NCBI GenBank assembly: GCA_030539155.1
Contig: JAUNSP010000003.1
Coordinates: 1-42,298 of the forward strand
Length of the DNA: 42,298 bases
Direction: 5' to 3'
Source: Clostridia bacterium
Lineage (GTDB): Bacteria > Bacillota > Clostridia > TANB77 > CAG-508
Below, piece by piece: positions 20,144-29,522 of this stretch. The translations under genes and the position numbers were made by a program. The notes under the pieces were generated by a model. That model had not been told where the DNA came from. It saw nothing but the letters and a program-made list of their open reading frames with translations, and did no database searches. Position 1 is the stretch's first letter, and each line of letters opens with the position of its first letter.

Positions 20144-20434
20144 ATGAAAGCTATTGTTAATTTGTATAGTGAAGATTATAATGAAATTGAAAAATTTTTA
20201 GAAAATTTTTACGAAAAACAATATACTCAAAATAAAAACTCAAAATCTGCAAAGTGGGAAAAAACTTTTGATAATCCCATTGAACTTGCTGATATTATTG
20301 GAGTTTTTATTGATAATAATGATAAATATAAGATCAATATGTGGGTTAGTATAGATAAAGGTACATTTATCAATGTATCTGAATATAACGCCAATAGCAT
20401 CATAAAATATCTATACGAAAGATTCCCTTATTGA
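20144..20434 (+). CDS. Hypothetical protein, 96 aa, no family recognised
   Basis: The ATG at 20144 lies 5 nt after GGAGG (20134-20138). The tracked ATG at 20132 overlaps that RBS. The gene is divergent from mfd. Confidence 0.55.
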   Translation: MKAIVNLYSEDYNEIEKFLENFYEKQYTQNKNSKSAKWEKTFDNPIELADIIGVFIDNNDKYKINMWVSIDKGTFINVSEYNANSIIKYLYERFPY

Positions 20435-20483
20435 TTTTAATCTAATATTTAGAATTATTCCCCAAATCCCAATTAACTCTATT

Positions 20484-20873
20484 TTATAATTTTTCAAGTT
20501 CCACTTCTTCATCCATTTTTTGCCCACACTTTGGACAATAACTGTATTCTAAATCTAATTCATATGCACACTTTTTACATTGCTTTAAATCCTTCAATTT
20601 TAAGATTTCTTGCCTTAAGTCCTCTATTTCTTTTGCTAAGGCATCTATCTTACTACATTCCTCTTTTATTATCTCTTCTACGTTTATTTCTTCCTCTCTT
20701 ATATGCGCCTCATATATATTTTTCCCTATTTCTTCATAAATATCTTCTATTTTCCCCTTATTTTCGCTTATTACCATTTTTAATTTTGCTTCTTTTGCAA
20801 ATTTACTGGCCGTATGTGTTGTATTTTTATATGTTTCAGTAGCTTTTTGAGTTATCTTATTTATTAAATCCAT
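20484..20873 (-). CDS. Coiled-coil protein with a C-terminal zinc ribbon
   Basis: CKKC..(11 residues)..CPKC at the C-terminus, preceded by about 90 residues of charged heptad-like sequence. Confidence 0.6.
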   Translation of the reverse strand: MDLINKITQKATETYKNTTHTASKFAKEAKLKMVISENKGKIEDIYEEIGKNIYEAHIREEEINVEEIIKEECSKIDALAKEIEDLRQEILKLKDLKQCKKCAYELDLEYSYCPKCGQKMDEEVELEKL

Positions 20874-20957
20874 AATCTCTCAAATCCTTCCTTTTATATA
20901 ATAAGAAAGGAGTACTTTCCTATTTTATAAATATATTTTTAACATATTTTACAAATT

Positions 20958-21941
20958 TTATTCACTTTTTTTTGTTCTAGTCATTAAGGTTAAAATTGCC
21001 TTTTTAGGTTCCAAATTTGAGTGTAATATTTTATACGCTACCTCTACTATTGGCATTTCCACATTATATTTTTTTGATAATTGATATGCAACTTCAATAT
21101 TGTCTACACTCTCAATTACCATTCCTACTTCTTCTTTCACTTTTTCTAATGGCAAACCTCTTCCAATTAATCTTCCTGCTTTTCTATTTCTACTGTGCTC
21201 ACTCAAACAAGTTACTAATAAATCTCCCAATCCTGTAAGTCCATAAAATGTTGATTTTTTTGCTCCCATTGCCACACCTAAATTTGATATTTCACACAAT
21301 CCTCTAGTTGCAAGTGCTGCAAAAGTGTTATCTCCTAATTTCAATTCCGCCACTATACCTGCACAAAATGCAATAATATTTTTAAGAGCACCACCAAGTT
21401 CTACCCCTAAAACATCATTAGATGTGTATACCCTTAAATTCTCGTTCATTATCGCCTTTTGAACCTCATTACATAATTCTTCATCAAGTGATGCAATAAC
21501 TATGGCTGTAGGAACACACATTGACACTTCCTCAGCATGACTTGGTCCAGAAAGTACACCAATTCTAGCACTTGGTATTTCATCTGCCACAACATCTGCT
21601 AAACTTTTTAGAGTATTTACTTCCATTCCCTTTCCACATAATATTATTGGCTGATTTTTTACATATTCCTTATACTGCCTTACTATATTCCTTGTGAATT
21701 TTGACGGTGTTACATGAAAAATAATATCTGAATCTTCTACTACGGTTTTATATTCTGTATAACACTTTATATTTTCAGGTATATCAGCCTCAAGTAGAAA
21801 TTTACATTTCCTTTGTATATTAATTAAATCTGCTTCTTCCTTTAAAAAAGACCAAATTTTTACATTATACCCCATTCTTCCTAAATGAATTGCTAAAGCT
21901 ACTCCCCAACTTCCACTTCCGATTATTGCTATATTTTTCAT
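20958..21941 (-). CDS. gpsA: NAD(P)H-dependent glycerol-3-phosphate dehydrogenase
   Basis: N-terminal Rossmann motif IAIIGSGSWGVALA, GALKNIIA, and SEHSRNRKAG. Confidence 0.92.
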   Translation of the reverse strand: MKNIAIIGSGSWGVALAIHLGRMGYNVKIWSFLKEEADLINIQRKCKFLLEADIPENIKCYTEYKTVVEDSDIIFHVTPSKFTRNIVRQYKEYVKNQPIILCGKGMEVNTLKSLADVVADEIPSARIGVLSGPSHAEEVSMCVPTAIVIASLDEELCNEVQKAIMNENLRVYTSNDVLGVELGGALKNIIAFCAGIVAELKLGDNTFAALATRGLCEISNLGVAMGAKKSTFYGLTGLGDLLVTCLSEHSRNRKAGRLIGRGLPLEKVKEEVGMVIESVDNIEVAYQLSKKYNVEMPIVEVAYKILHSNLEPKKAILTLMTRTKKSE

Positions 21942-21956
21942 TTCTATACACTCCTC

Positions 21957-22595
21957 CTAATCTATCTTTTGTCCTATTTTTCTTTCTGTTCCATTTAATA
22001 TTCTTTTAATGTTTTTTCTATGATTAAAAGCAATTATTATTGCTAAAATCACACTATATATAAAATAATTACCTTCTACTAGATAATTTTCGCTTATAAA
22101 TATTGTTAATACAGGAAATAAAATTGCAGCAGCAACTGACCCGCAAGATACCATCCTCGTACAAATCATAAGTACAAGTGCAAAAACTAAACATATTAAA
22201 CCAATTTGCCAATTACTAATTAACAAAACACCTAGTGCTGTTGCTACACCCTTTCCCCCTTTAAATTTAAATAAAATTGGAAAAGTGTGTCCTAAAATTA
22301 CTGACACCCCTGCTATTTGTACTAACAAAGCCGGATTAATATTCTTAAATACACTACCTGTCCATAATGCTATCAATATGGCAATAATACCTTTTAATAT
22401 ATCTCCTATTAACGTAATTACTGCGGCCTTTGTTCCTATTGTTCTTAGCACATTTGTACTCCCCGCATTTCCACTACCCTTTTCTCTTATATCAAATCCT
22501 GCAATCTTCTTACAAATTATTACGGAAAATGATATACTTCCTATAAAATATGATAATAATGCTGTTACTATATATACATATATTTGTGTTCCCAT
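21957..22595 (-). CDS. plsY: Glycerol-3-phosphate acyltransferase PlsY
   Basis: Multi-TM protein with GSGNAGSTNVLR and FKGGKGVAT motifs. It sits in the der-plsY-gpsA arrangement. Confidence 0.92.
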   Translation of the reverse strand: MGTQIYVYIVTALLSYFIGSISFSVIICKKIAGFDIREKGSGNAGSTNVLRTIGTKAAVITLIGDILKGIIAILIALWTGSVFKNINPALLVQIAGVSVILGHTFPILFKFKGGKGVATALGVLLISNWQIGLICLVFALVLMICTRMVSCGSVAAAILFPVLTIFISENYLVEGNYFIYSVILAIIIAFNHRKNIKRILNGTERKIGQKID

Positions 22596-22606
22596 TTTAA
22601 TTCCTC

Positions 22607-23938
22607 CTATCTATCTTTGTTTTCGTTTCTTTCCCTTACAATCATCCTTACTGGTGTCCCTGTTAATCCAAACTCTTTTCTTATTTGATTTACCAAATAC
22701 CTTTCATAAGAAAAATGAAATAAACTCTTATCATTTACAAAAGTAACAAATGTTGGTGGTTTTGTACTGGCTTGTGTCATATAATAAATTTTCAATCTCT
22801 TTCCTTTATCTGTTGGTGGCTGAACTATCGCTATTGCCTCATTAAGAACTTGATTTATCATTGCTGTTGATACCCTCATAGCATTTTGGCTAGCAACATT
22901 ATTAATCAATTCAAATAGCTTGTTTACCCTTTGTCCAGTCTTAGCAGAAATAAAGATAATAGGTGCATATGATGCATATTTTAAATCATTATAAACTTGT
23001 TTTTTATATTGTTCCGTAGAGTTCGTATCCTTCTCGTATTCGTCCCATTTATTAACAACAATAATTATTCCCTTACCAGCTTCATGTGCCTCTCCTACTA
23101 TTTTTGTATCTTGCTCTGTAATCCCTTCATTTGCATCTATCATAAATAAACACACGTCCGCTCTATCTACTGCAAAAACACTTCTCATTACACTAAACTT
23201 TTCTATTCTTTCTTTAACCTTACTCTTCCTTCTAATACCAGCTGTATCAATAAAGGTATATTTTCCATACTCATTTTCAAAATCAGAATCTATTGCATCT
23301 CTTGTTGTTCCTGCTATATCACTAACAATAACCCTATTCTCTCCCAATATTTTATTTACAAGTGATGATTTTCCAACATTAGGTTTTCCTATTATTGCAA
23401 CCCTAATAACATCATCTTCCTCAACCTTTTCACTTTCCTTTGGAAGATTCTCATATATTTCATCTAATATATCTCCAATTCCTATTGCATTTGTTGCTGA
23501 TACTGGATGGGGTTCTCCTATGCCTAGATTATAAAATTCATAAATATCATTTGAAACTTGTCCATAATTATCTGCCTTATTACATACTAATATAATTGGT
23601 TTTTTAGATTTTTTTAACATCAGTGCTATTTCTTTATCCTCAGCAGTTACACCTTGTTTTATGTCTGTTAGAAAAATTATTACATCTGCCAACTCTATTG
23701 CTATATTTGCCTGATCTCTCATCTGCGACAAAATCACATCTTCTGAATCTGGTTCTATTCCTCCAGTATCAATAAAAGTAAAAGTTCTACCTCTCCAAGT
23801 AGCATCTGCATACACTCTGTCCCTTGTAACTCCTGGTGTATCTTCTACTATTGAGATTCTTTTTCCTACTATATAATTAAAAAATGTTGATTTCCCTACA
23901 TTTGGTCTTCCTACAATAGCCACCGTTGATTTATTCAT
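22607..23938 (-). CDS. der: Ribosome-biogenesis GTPase Der (EngA)
   Basis: Two tandem G domains (GRPNVGKST and GKPNVGKSS, NKAD and NKWD) plus a KH-like C-terminus. Confidence 0.95.
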   Translation of the reverse strand: MNKSTVAIVGRPNVGKSTFFNYIVGKRISIVEDTPGVTRDRVYADATWRGRTFTFIDTGGIEPDSEDVILSQMRDQANIAIELADVIIFLTDIKQGVTAEDKEIALMLKKSKKPIILVCNKADNYGQVSNDIYEFYNLGIGEPHPVSATNAIGIGDILDEIYENLPKESEKVEEDDVIRVAIIGKPNVGKSSLVNKILGENRVIVSDIAGTTRDAIDSDFENEYGKYTFIDTAGIRRKSKVKERIEKFSVMRSVFAVDRADVCLFMIDANEGITEQDTKIVGEAHEAGKGIIIVVNKWDEYEKDTNSTEQYKKQVYNDLKYASYAPIIFISAKTGQRVNKLFELINNVASQNAMRVSTAMINQVLNEAIAIVQPPTDKGKRLKIYYMTQASTKPPTFVTFVNDKSLFHFSYERYLVNQIRKEFGLTGTPVRMIVRERNENKDR

Positions 23939-24069
23939 ACTTTATCCTCCCTTCCTCTCTTGCATTTTATTTGAGATTATTTATTTTTTCCCATAACTTG
24001 CCAAAATTCAGATTTTAATAAATTTAAGTTTTTTCTCCCTTTAATCTCTATGGTATATTTTACTATAAA

Positions 24070-24119
24070 ATAAAAAAAAAAGCAAGCAAACAGGTGAAAA
24101 ATTATTTTTTTACCTGTTT
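24070..24119 (-). terminator. Hairpin downstream of the LPXTG gene (possible terminator)
   Basis: On the minus strand, AAACAGGTAAAAAA pairs with TTTTTCACCTGTTT with one mismatch. It is followed by GCTTGC and then a T-run of 10, so the U-tract is not adjacent to the stem. Confidence 0.45.
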
Positions 24120-24161
24120 ACCTACCAATATAAACTTCTTTGTTTAGTTAGCCATTAATTC

Positions 24162-24518
24162 TTAGATATTTTTGTATTCTTTAATTTTCTTGTAAGCATA
24201 CGCAGCCATTATTAAGAATGCTACTATTAATATAGAAACCACATAATTATCTACTATACCTGTTTGTGGTAAAGTAGTTGTATCTGTATATGAACTTGTT
24301 TCATTATTAACCACATTACTTGACAACACTAATGATGATGGTGTGTTCTCTACATTTTGTGTGTTTTCCGTATTTTGTGTATTTTCTTGTGCAGTATTAC
24401 CACTACCTGCTAAATCTTGAATTGTTAAAGTCTCTGCAAAAGTATTTATTGATACAAATACTATTGCTAATACCATTATTGCTACTAAAGCTACTTTTTT
24501 TAATATTTCTCTTTTCAT
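24162..24518 (-). CDS. Small LPXTG-anchored surface protein (about 118 aa)
   Basis: Signal peptide MKREILKKVALVAIMVLAIVFVSINTFA, an NTQNTENTQNVENT repeat, then LPQTG, a hydrophobic segment and a KKIKEYK tail. I moved the start to the ATG at 24518, downstream of GGGAG. Confidence 0.75.
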   Translation of the reverse strand: MKREILKKVALVAIMVLAIVFVSINTFAETLTIQDLAGSGNTAQENTQNTENTQNVENTPSSLVLSSNVVNNETSSYTDTTTLPQTGIVDNYVVSILIVAFLIMAAYAYKKIKEYKNI

Positions 24519-24571
24519 TTTACATTCTCCCTTTCTTCTTTTGAACTGTTTGTATATCAATCACTATAATT

Positions 24572-24600
24572 ATTTTACAACATTAAAATTTAGTAGTCAA
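24572..24600 (-). promoter_or_regulatory. Promoter for the LPXTG gene
   Basis: On the minus strand: TTGACT (24595-24600), a 17-bp spacer, then TAAAAT (24572-24577). Confidence 0.5.
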
Positions 24601-24674
24601 GTGTTTTTTATAAAATTTTTTTATTTTTTCATTTTAAATATAATTATGAGTTACATTCCATAATTTTTTAACAT

Positions 24675-25457
24675 CTAAGATTGATAATCAAACGATTCCA
24701 TTGTTTGTGGAATTCCATAGTCTATTCCAAAAGTATCGACTGTCACACTTTTTATTACTATCGGATTTTTTGGAGTATCCGATGATACTTCAGTTCCATC
24801 CTCTTTTGTTGGTGCTGTCTCTCCTTCTTTCAATTCACTATCCCTAAAAATAACTTCAGCATTTGCAATCTTATCAATCACATCAAAACCTTCTGTCACT
24901 TTTCCAAAAGCTGCATATAGTCCATCTAAAGATGTTGTATCCTCATCCATTATAAAAAATTGAGAACCCGCTGAATTATATCCTTCATCTAATAGGCTTG
25001 GAGAAATATTACTATAATCAGATCTTGCCATTGCTATAGTTCCTTTTTCATGTTTTATAGTATTTTTAACTCCATTTGCCATAAATTCGCCTTTTATAGA
25101 ATACGGAGTTTCCCCTCCTCCATCTTTCAAATCTGCAAGTGTTGGAGTTCCTCTTCCTGTACCCGTTTTGTCTCCGCCTTGAATCATAAATTCTGGTATT
25201 GTTCTATGAAATGTTAGACCATTATAGAACCCCCTGCTGGCTAATGCAATAAAATTTGATACTGTATTTGGTGCCTGTTCTGGATAAAGTTCTATTTTTA
25301 AAGTTCCATAATTCTCAACCTCCATTGTAACTAATGGATTTTTAACTTCATAGTTTTGTTTTTTTATATATCCATATAAAACATCTAATATTAATAATAC
25401 TACTATAACTATTAATGTTAAGAGAATTATATTTTGCCAATTTATAAATTTTTTCAT
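24675..25457 (-). CDS. Cyclophilin-type peptidyl-prolyl isomerase with an N-terminal membrane anchor
   Basis: FHRTIPEFMIQGGD and GSQFFI motifs, plus an N-terminal TM segment IILLTLIVIVVLLILDVLY. Confidence 0.88.
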   Translation of the reverse strand: MKKFINWQNIILLTLIVIVVLLILDVLYGYIKKQNYEVKNPLVTMEVENYGTLKIELYPEQAPNTVSNFIALASRGFYNGLTFHRTIPEFMIQGGDKTGTGRGTPTLADLKDGGGETPYSIKGEFMANGVKNTIKHEKGTIAMARSDYSNISPSLLDEGYNSAGSQFFIMDEDTTSLDGLYAAFGKVTEGFDVIDKIANAEVIFRDSELKEGETAPTKEDGTEVSSDTPKNPIVIKSVTVDTFGIDYGIPQTMESFDYQS

Positions 25458-25490
25458 TATTATTTCACATTCCTTTCATAATTTACATTA

Positions 25491-26717
25491 TTATTCAAAT
25501 TTTCCTAAATAATATTTCTTTTTACCTCTCCTTATAACTAAAATTTTATTATCAATTGCATCATTAATGGTAAAACAAATATCTTGATTTTTTACTACAT
25601 CACCATTTACTGTAATAGCTCCTGAAGCTAAAAATTCTTTTGCCTCCCTCTTAGATGAACAAATTTCATTATTCACCAAAACATCTACAATATTTTCACC
25701 CTCATGCAGGTTAAAACTTGGGACATCTTTTAATCCAACTAACAAATCCTTAGCACTAACCTCTTTTATATTTCCATTAAAGAGATTCTTACTTATCTGT
25801 ACAGCTTTTTCATATTCTTCTTTTCCATGGATATCTGTTATTATTTCTTCTGCTAACCTTTTTTGAGCAATTCTTAAATGAGGTGCCTCTTTATGTTCAT
25901 TTGCAATTAATTCAATTTCTTCCTTAGATAAAAATGTCAGCCTTTTAAGATATTCCATTATAACTTCATCTTCAGCATTAATTAAAAATTGATACAACTC
26001 ATATACACTTGTTTTTTCTTTATCTAACCATATTGCATTACCTTCACTTTTACCAAACTTTGTACCTTTAGAATCTGTTACTAATGGCATAGTAAACGCA
26101 AAAGCCTCACTACCTAATATTTTACGAATTAATTCTATTCCTGTTGTAATATTACCCCATTGATCTGAACCTGCTACCTGAAGTTCTATTCCTTTTGTTT
26201 GATATAAATGTTTAAAATCTAGACCTTGTATTAGCATATACGAAAACTCTGCAAAGGAAATTCCTGTTTCCATTTGTCTTTTTACTAAATCCTTATTTAT
26301 CATATAATTAACATTTATATATTTGCCATAATTTCTTAAGAAATCTAAAATTGTTATATCTTTTACCCAATCGTAATTATTTACTACTTCATAGGGAAAA
26401 ATTCTTTGAATTTGTTGTTTCATTTTTTCAAAATTATTGTTTATCAAATCCTTATCTGATAATTCCCTTTCCACAGTTCCCCTAGGGTCCCCTACTAACG
26501 CTGTCGCTCCACCAACTAAAATATATGGTATATGCCCCGCTCTTTCTAATCTTTTTGTAATCAAGAAAGATGAATAATGACCTAAATGTAAACTATCGGC
26601 TGTTGGATCCGTTCCAATATAAAATTTCATTCCACCTTTATTCAATTTTTCTTCAAGTTCTGGACTTGTTATGTCTTGGATAAGCCCCCTCCATTTTAAA
26701 TCTTCAAATACCGTCAT
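25491..26717 (-). CDS. tyrS: Tyrosine--tRNA ligase
   Basis: HIGH-type HLGH, KMSKS-type KFGKS, and a C-terminal S4-like domain. Confidence 0.95.
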   Translation of the reverse strand: MTVFEDLKWRGLIQDITSPELEEKLNKGGMKFYIGTDPTADSLHLGHYSSFLITKRLERAGHIPYILVGGATALVGDPRGTVERELSDKDLINNNFEKMKQQIQRIFPYEVVNNYDWVKDITILDFLRNYGKYINVNYMINKDLVKRQMETGISFAEFSYMLIQGLDFKHLYQTKGIELQVAGSDQWGNITTGIELIRKILGSEAFAFTMPLVTDSKGTKFGKSEGNAIWLDKEKTSVYELYQFLINAEDEVIMEYLKRLTFLSKEEIELIANEHKEAPHLRIAQKRLAEEIITDIHGKEEYEKAVQISKNLFNGNIKEVSAKDLLVGLKDVPSFNLHEGENIVDVLVNNEICSSKREAKEFLASGAITVNGDVVKNQDICFTINDAIDNKILVIRRGKKKYYLGKFE

Positions 26718-26742
26718 ATTATCATGCTCCTTAATTCTTTAT

Positions 26743-27423
26743 TTATTCCCCTTTTATAAATGCCCTTTGCGAAGTATTATCTCCTAAAATTATAGTATAA
26801 TCTGTACATCCTTTTGGGAGTTGCATACTATATCTTCCCGTTGCTATTTTATCATTTATATATTCATCCTTGTTTAAATCAAAAACCGTTATATTATATA
26901 TTTTATTATCATATTTAATTGATGTATTATTGCCTAACCCTTCTATATTTAACGCTAATCCTACAGTATTTCCCTTTTCGCTCATCTTTATATTCGATAG
27001 ATCTATTTCATATTCAATTAAAACCCACTCCATTTTATTTAGTGCCTCAGTGAAAATAAATCTATCACTATTACTTTCACTCCAACTCTTTATAATCCTC
27101 TCAGCCGATGTGCCCCTCTGTATGTTTGAGACTCTAACATTTACGGATTTATAGTCATTAGATTCTAATTTTGATGCAATCCCCCATTCACCTACTTTTA
27201 AAGTTTCCATTTTTGAAGAGTTTTTTGGTTGATCAATATTAATATTAGTATCCGTATCTGTATTTGTGTTGCTATCATTGGTAGTTTCCTGTTCTGCTCC
27301 TTCTATCTGATGCTTATTTTCTCTTTCAACATTAATTTTTATTATGAAATACATTGATAGTAATATTATTATAAATATAAAAATTAGTAGCATTAAATTT
27401 ATACTTATCCTTTTCTTTTGCAT
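26743..27423 (-). CDS. Membrane-anchored hypothetical protein, 226 aa
   Basis: N-terminal TM segment (INLMLLIFIFIIILLSMYFII), a T/N/D-rich linker (TNDSNTNTDTDTNINID), then a beta-rich domain of about 150 aa. I cannot name a family; it may resemble a DUF4352-like Ig fold. Confidence 0.6.
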   Translation of the reverse strand: MQKKRISINLMLLIFIFIIILLSMYFIIKINVERENKHQIEGAEQETTNDSNTNTDTDTNINIDQPKNSSKMETLKVGEWGIASKLESNDYKSVNVRVSNIQRGTSAERIIKSWSESNSDRFIFTEALNKMEWVLIEYEIDLSNIKMSEKGNTVGLALNIEGLGNNTSIKYDNKIYNITVFDLNKDEYINDKIATGRYSMQLPKGCTDYTIILGDNTSQRAFIKGE

Positions 27424-27471
27424 TCCTTCCTCACTCCTTTTTATTATCTCTAATTATTAACTTAAGTGATG

Positions 27472-28839
27472 TTATCCTTTGATTTTATTTAATAAATATT
27501 CCTCTAATTCTATTATTCTAACTCTTTGTTGTTCCATAGTATCTCTATCTCTTACAGTAATTGATTCGTCTTCTAATGTATCAAAATCAATTGTAACACA
27601 ATAAGGCGTTCCTATCTCATCTTGTCTCCTATATCTTTTACCTATACTTCCTGCCTCATCATAATCACTCATAAATTTTTTTGATATTAAATCGTACACT
27701 TCTTCGGCCTTTTGACTTAATTTTTTTGATAGTGGTAGTACAGCAACTTTGTATGGTGCTATCTTTGGATTTAAGTGTAAAACACATCTTACATCGCCTT
27801 CCGCAATCTCTTCCTCATCGTAAGCATCACATAATACTGTAAGTACCGCTCTATCTAATCCGCATGTTGATTCCACTACATATGGTATAAATCTTTCATT
27901 TGTATCTGGATCTAAATATTCTTGTTTAACCCCACTAATCTCCTGATGTCTTGACAAATCATAGTTAGTTCTATTATGTGTTCCATTTATCTCTCCCCAC
28001 CCAAAAGGAAATCTATATTCTATGTCGCACGCTGCTTTTGCATAAAAAGCTAATTTATCATGGTCATGAAATCTTAGGTTATCCTCTCTTATTCCTAAAG
28101 ACAAATAAAATTCCTTTGCATATGATTTAAAAAATTCATAAAGTTCGCTATCTGTTCCCTCTTTACAAAAGGTTTGATATTCCATTTGCTCGAATTCAAC
28201 TGTTCTAAATATAAAATTTCCTGGTGTTATTTCATTCCTAAACGCCTTACCAATTTGCCCTATACTAAAAGGTAATTTTGCTCTCATTGTCCTTTGTACA
28301 TTAAGAAAATTTACATATTCACCTTGTGCATTTTCTGGCCTTAAATAAATAACGTTTTTCTTATCATTTGTAATTCCTCTATATGTTTCAAATAGCAAAT
28401 TAAATTCACGAATATCAGTAAAATTACTTTTACCACAATTAGGACATTTTATTTCATTTTTTCTTATATATTCTATCATTTCGTCATTTTTCATAAGGTC
28501 TACTTGAATCTCATTATTAAATGTCTCTATTAAATTATCTGCCCTATGTCTTATTTTACACTCTTTGCAATCAATTAGAGGATCAGAAAAGTTTGATATG
28601 TGGCCACTGGCTTCCCACACTTTTGGATGCATTAAGATGTCTGCATCTAACTCATAACTATTCTTTCTTTCTTGAATAAACTTCTTTCTCCACTCATCCT
28701 TTATATTATTTTTTAATCTTGCTCCAAGGGGACCATAATCCCAAGTGTTTGCCAACCCCCCATAAATCTCCGAGCCAGGGAATATGAATCCTCTTGTCTT
28801 GCATAAATTAACTATCTTATCCATTGCCTTTTCTATCAT
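27472..28839 (-). CDS. glyQS: Glycine--tRNA ligase, homodimeric alpha2 class II type
   Basis: N-terminal RGFIFPGSEIYGGLANTWDYGPLG, class II motifs (FRNEITP, GLDR), and the length of 455 aa. Confidence 0.93.
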   Translation of the reverse strand: MIEKAMDKIVNLCKTRGFIFPGSEIYGGLANTWDYGPLGARLKNNIKDEWRKKFIQERKNSYELDADILMHPKVWEASGHISNFSDPLIDCKECKIRHRADNLIETFNNEIQVDLMKNDEMIEYIRKNEIKCPNCGKSNFTDIREFNLLFETYRGITNDKKNVIYLRPENAQGEYVNFLNVQRTMRAKLPFSIGQIGKAFRNEITPGNFIFRTVEFEQMEYQTFCKEGTDSELYEFFKSYAKEFYLSLGIREDNLRFHDHDKLAFYAKAACDIEYRFPFGWGEINGTHNRTNYDLSRHQEISGVKQEYLDPDTNERFIPYVVESTCGLDRAVLTVLCDAYDEEEIAEGDVRCVLHLNPKIAPYKVAVLPLSKKLSQKAEEVYDLISKKFMSDYDEAGSIGKRYRRQDEIGTPYCVTIDFDTLEDESITVRDRDTMEQQRVRIIELEEYLLNKIKG

Positions 28840-28858
28840 AATCTTTTTTTGCTCCTTA

Positions 28859-29500
28859 TTATTTAAATTTCTTTTCCAGTCTAGATATTACCCAATATAC
28901 ACTCACTCCATACACAAACAAAACTGTTGGCACGGTTAGTCTATTTACGGGTAACCTAGTTATAGCAATAATACTAAGTAATAAAAATTGAATTTCTACT
29001 ATTTTAACTGATGATTTAGTTATTATATCAATAACATTATTTTTTCTATATCTTATTGCAATATATATCATTACCAATATAAAAGATATTGCTAACGTTG
29101 ATATACATTCTTCTAATACACTTCTTAGTCTAACATTTGAATTGTTCTCAACAGTTACGTCTTCTTCTATACTTTTTTCTAATCCATAAAATGCGTTAAC
29201 TTTATTTAATAACTCCTGCTTTTGTTCATCAGTAGTATGCTGCACAGTTACTGCTACCATGTCTTCATATATTTCTACTTTTTGAACTAATACTTTTTGA
29301 TCTTGATAAACTTCTTTCGCGATATTCTTTATATCGCTATTTTCAAAACTAGTATCTAATTTAATATTTATAGTCGTATTTTTCATATATATTAAACTTA
29401 CATTTAGTCCTATCGTTGCTGTTATGACTAATCCTACAACTATAATCACTATCAATATTAATTGTAGTATTTTGTTATTACATATTTTTGCCTTTTTCAT
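28859..29500 (-). CDS. SecF-like membrane protein, truncated and degenerate (213 aa)
   Basis: By-eye alignment to remembered B. subtilis SecDF: TM1, a periplasmic alpha/beta domain, ISFILVMIYIAIRY (compare IIIYVSIRFEY), and ITRLPVN (compare ITRLEVD). The protein ends at VISRLEKKFK, which aligns to FDRVREHMKK. About four TM segments are visible. Confidence 0.5.
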   Translation of the reverse strand: MKKAKICNNKILQLILIVIIVVGLVITATIGLNVSLIYMKNTTINIKLDTSFENSDIKNIAKEVYQDQKVLVQKVEIYEDMVAVTVQHTTDEQKQELLNKVNAFYGLEKSIEEDVTVENNSNVRLRSVLEECISTLAISFILVMIYIAIRYRKNNVIDIITKSSVKIVEIQFLLLSIIAITRLPVNRLTVPTVLFVYGVSVYWVISRLEKKFK

Positions 29501-29522
29501 TTTCTCCCTCTTTTCTTTTTAT

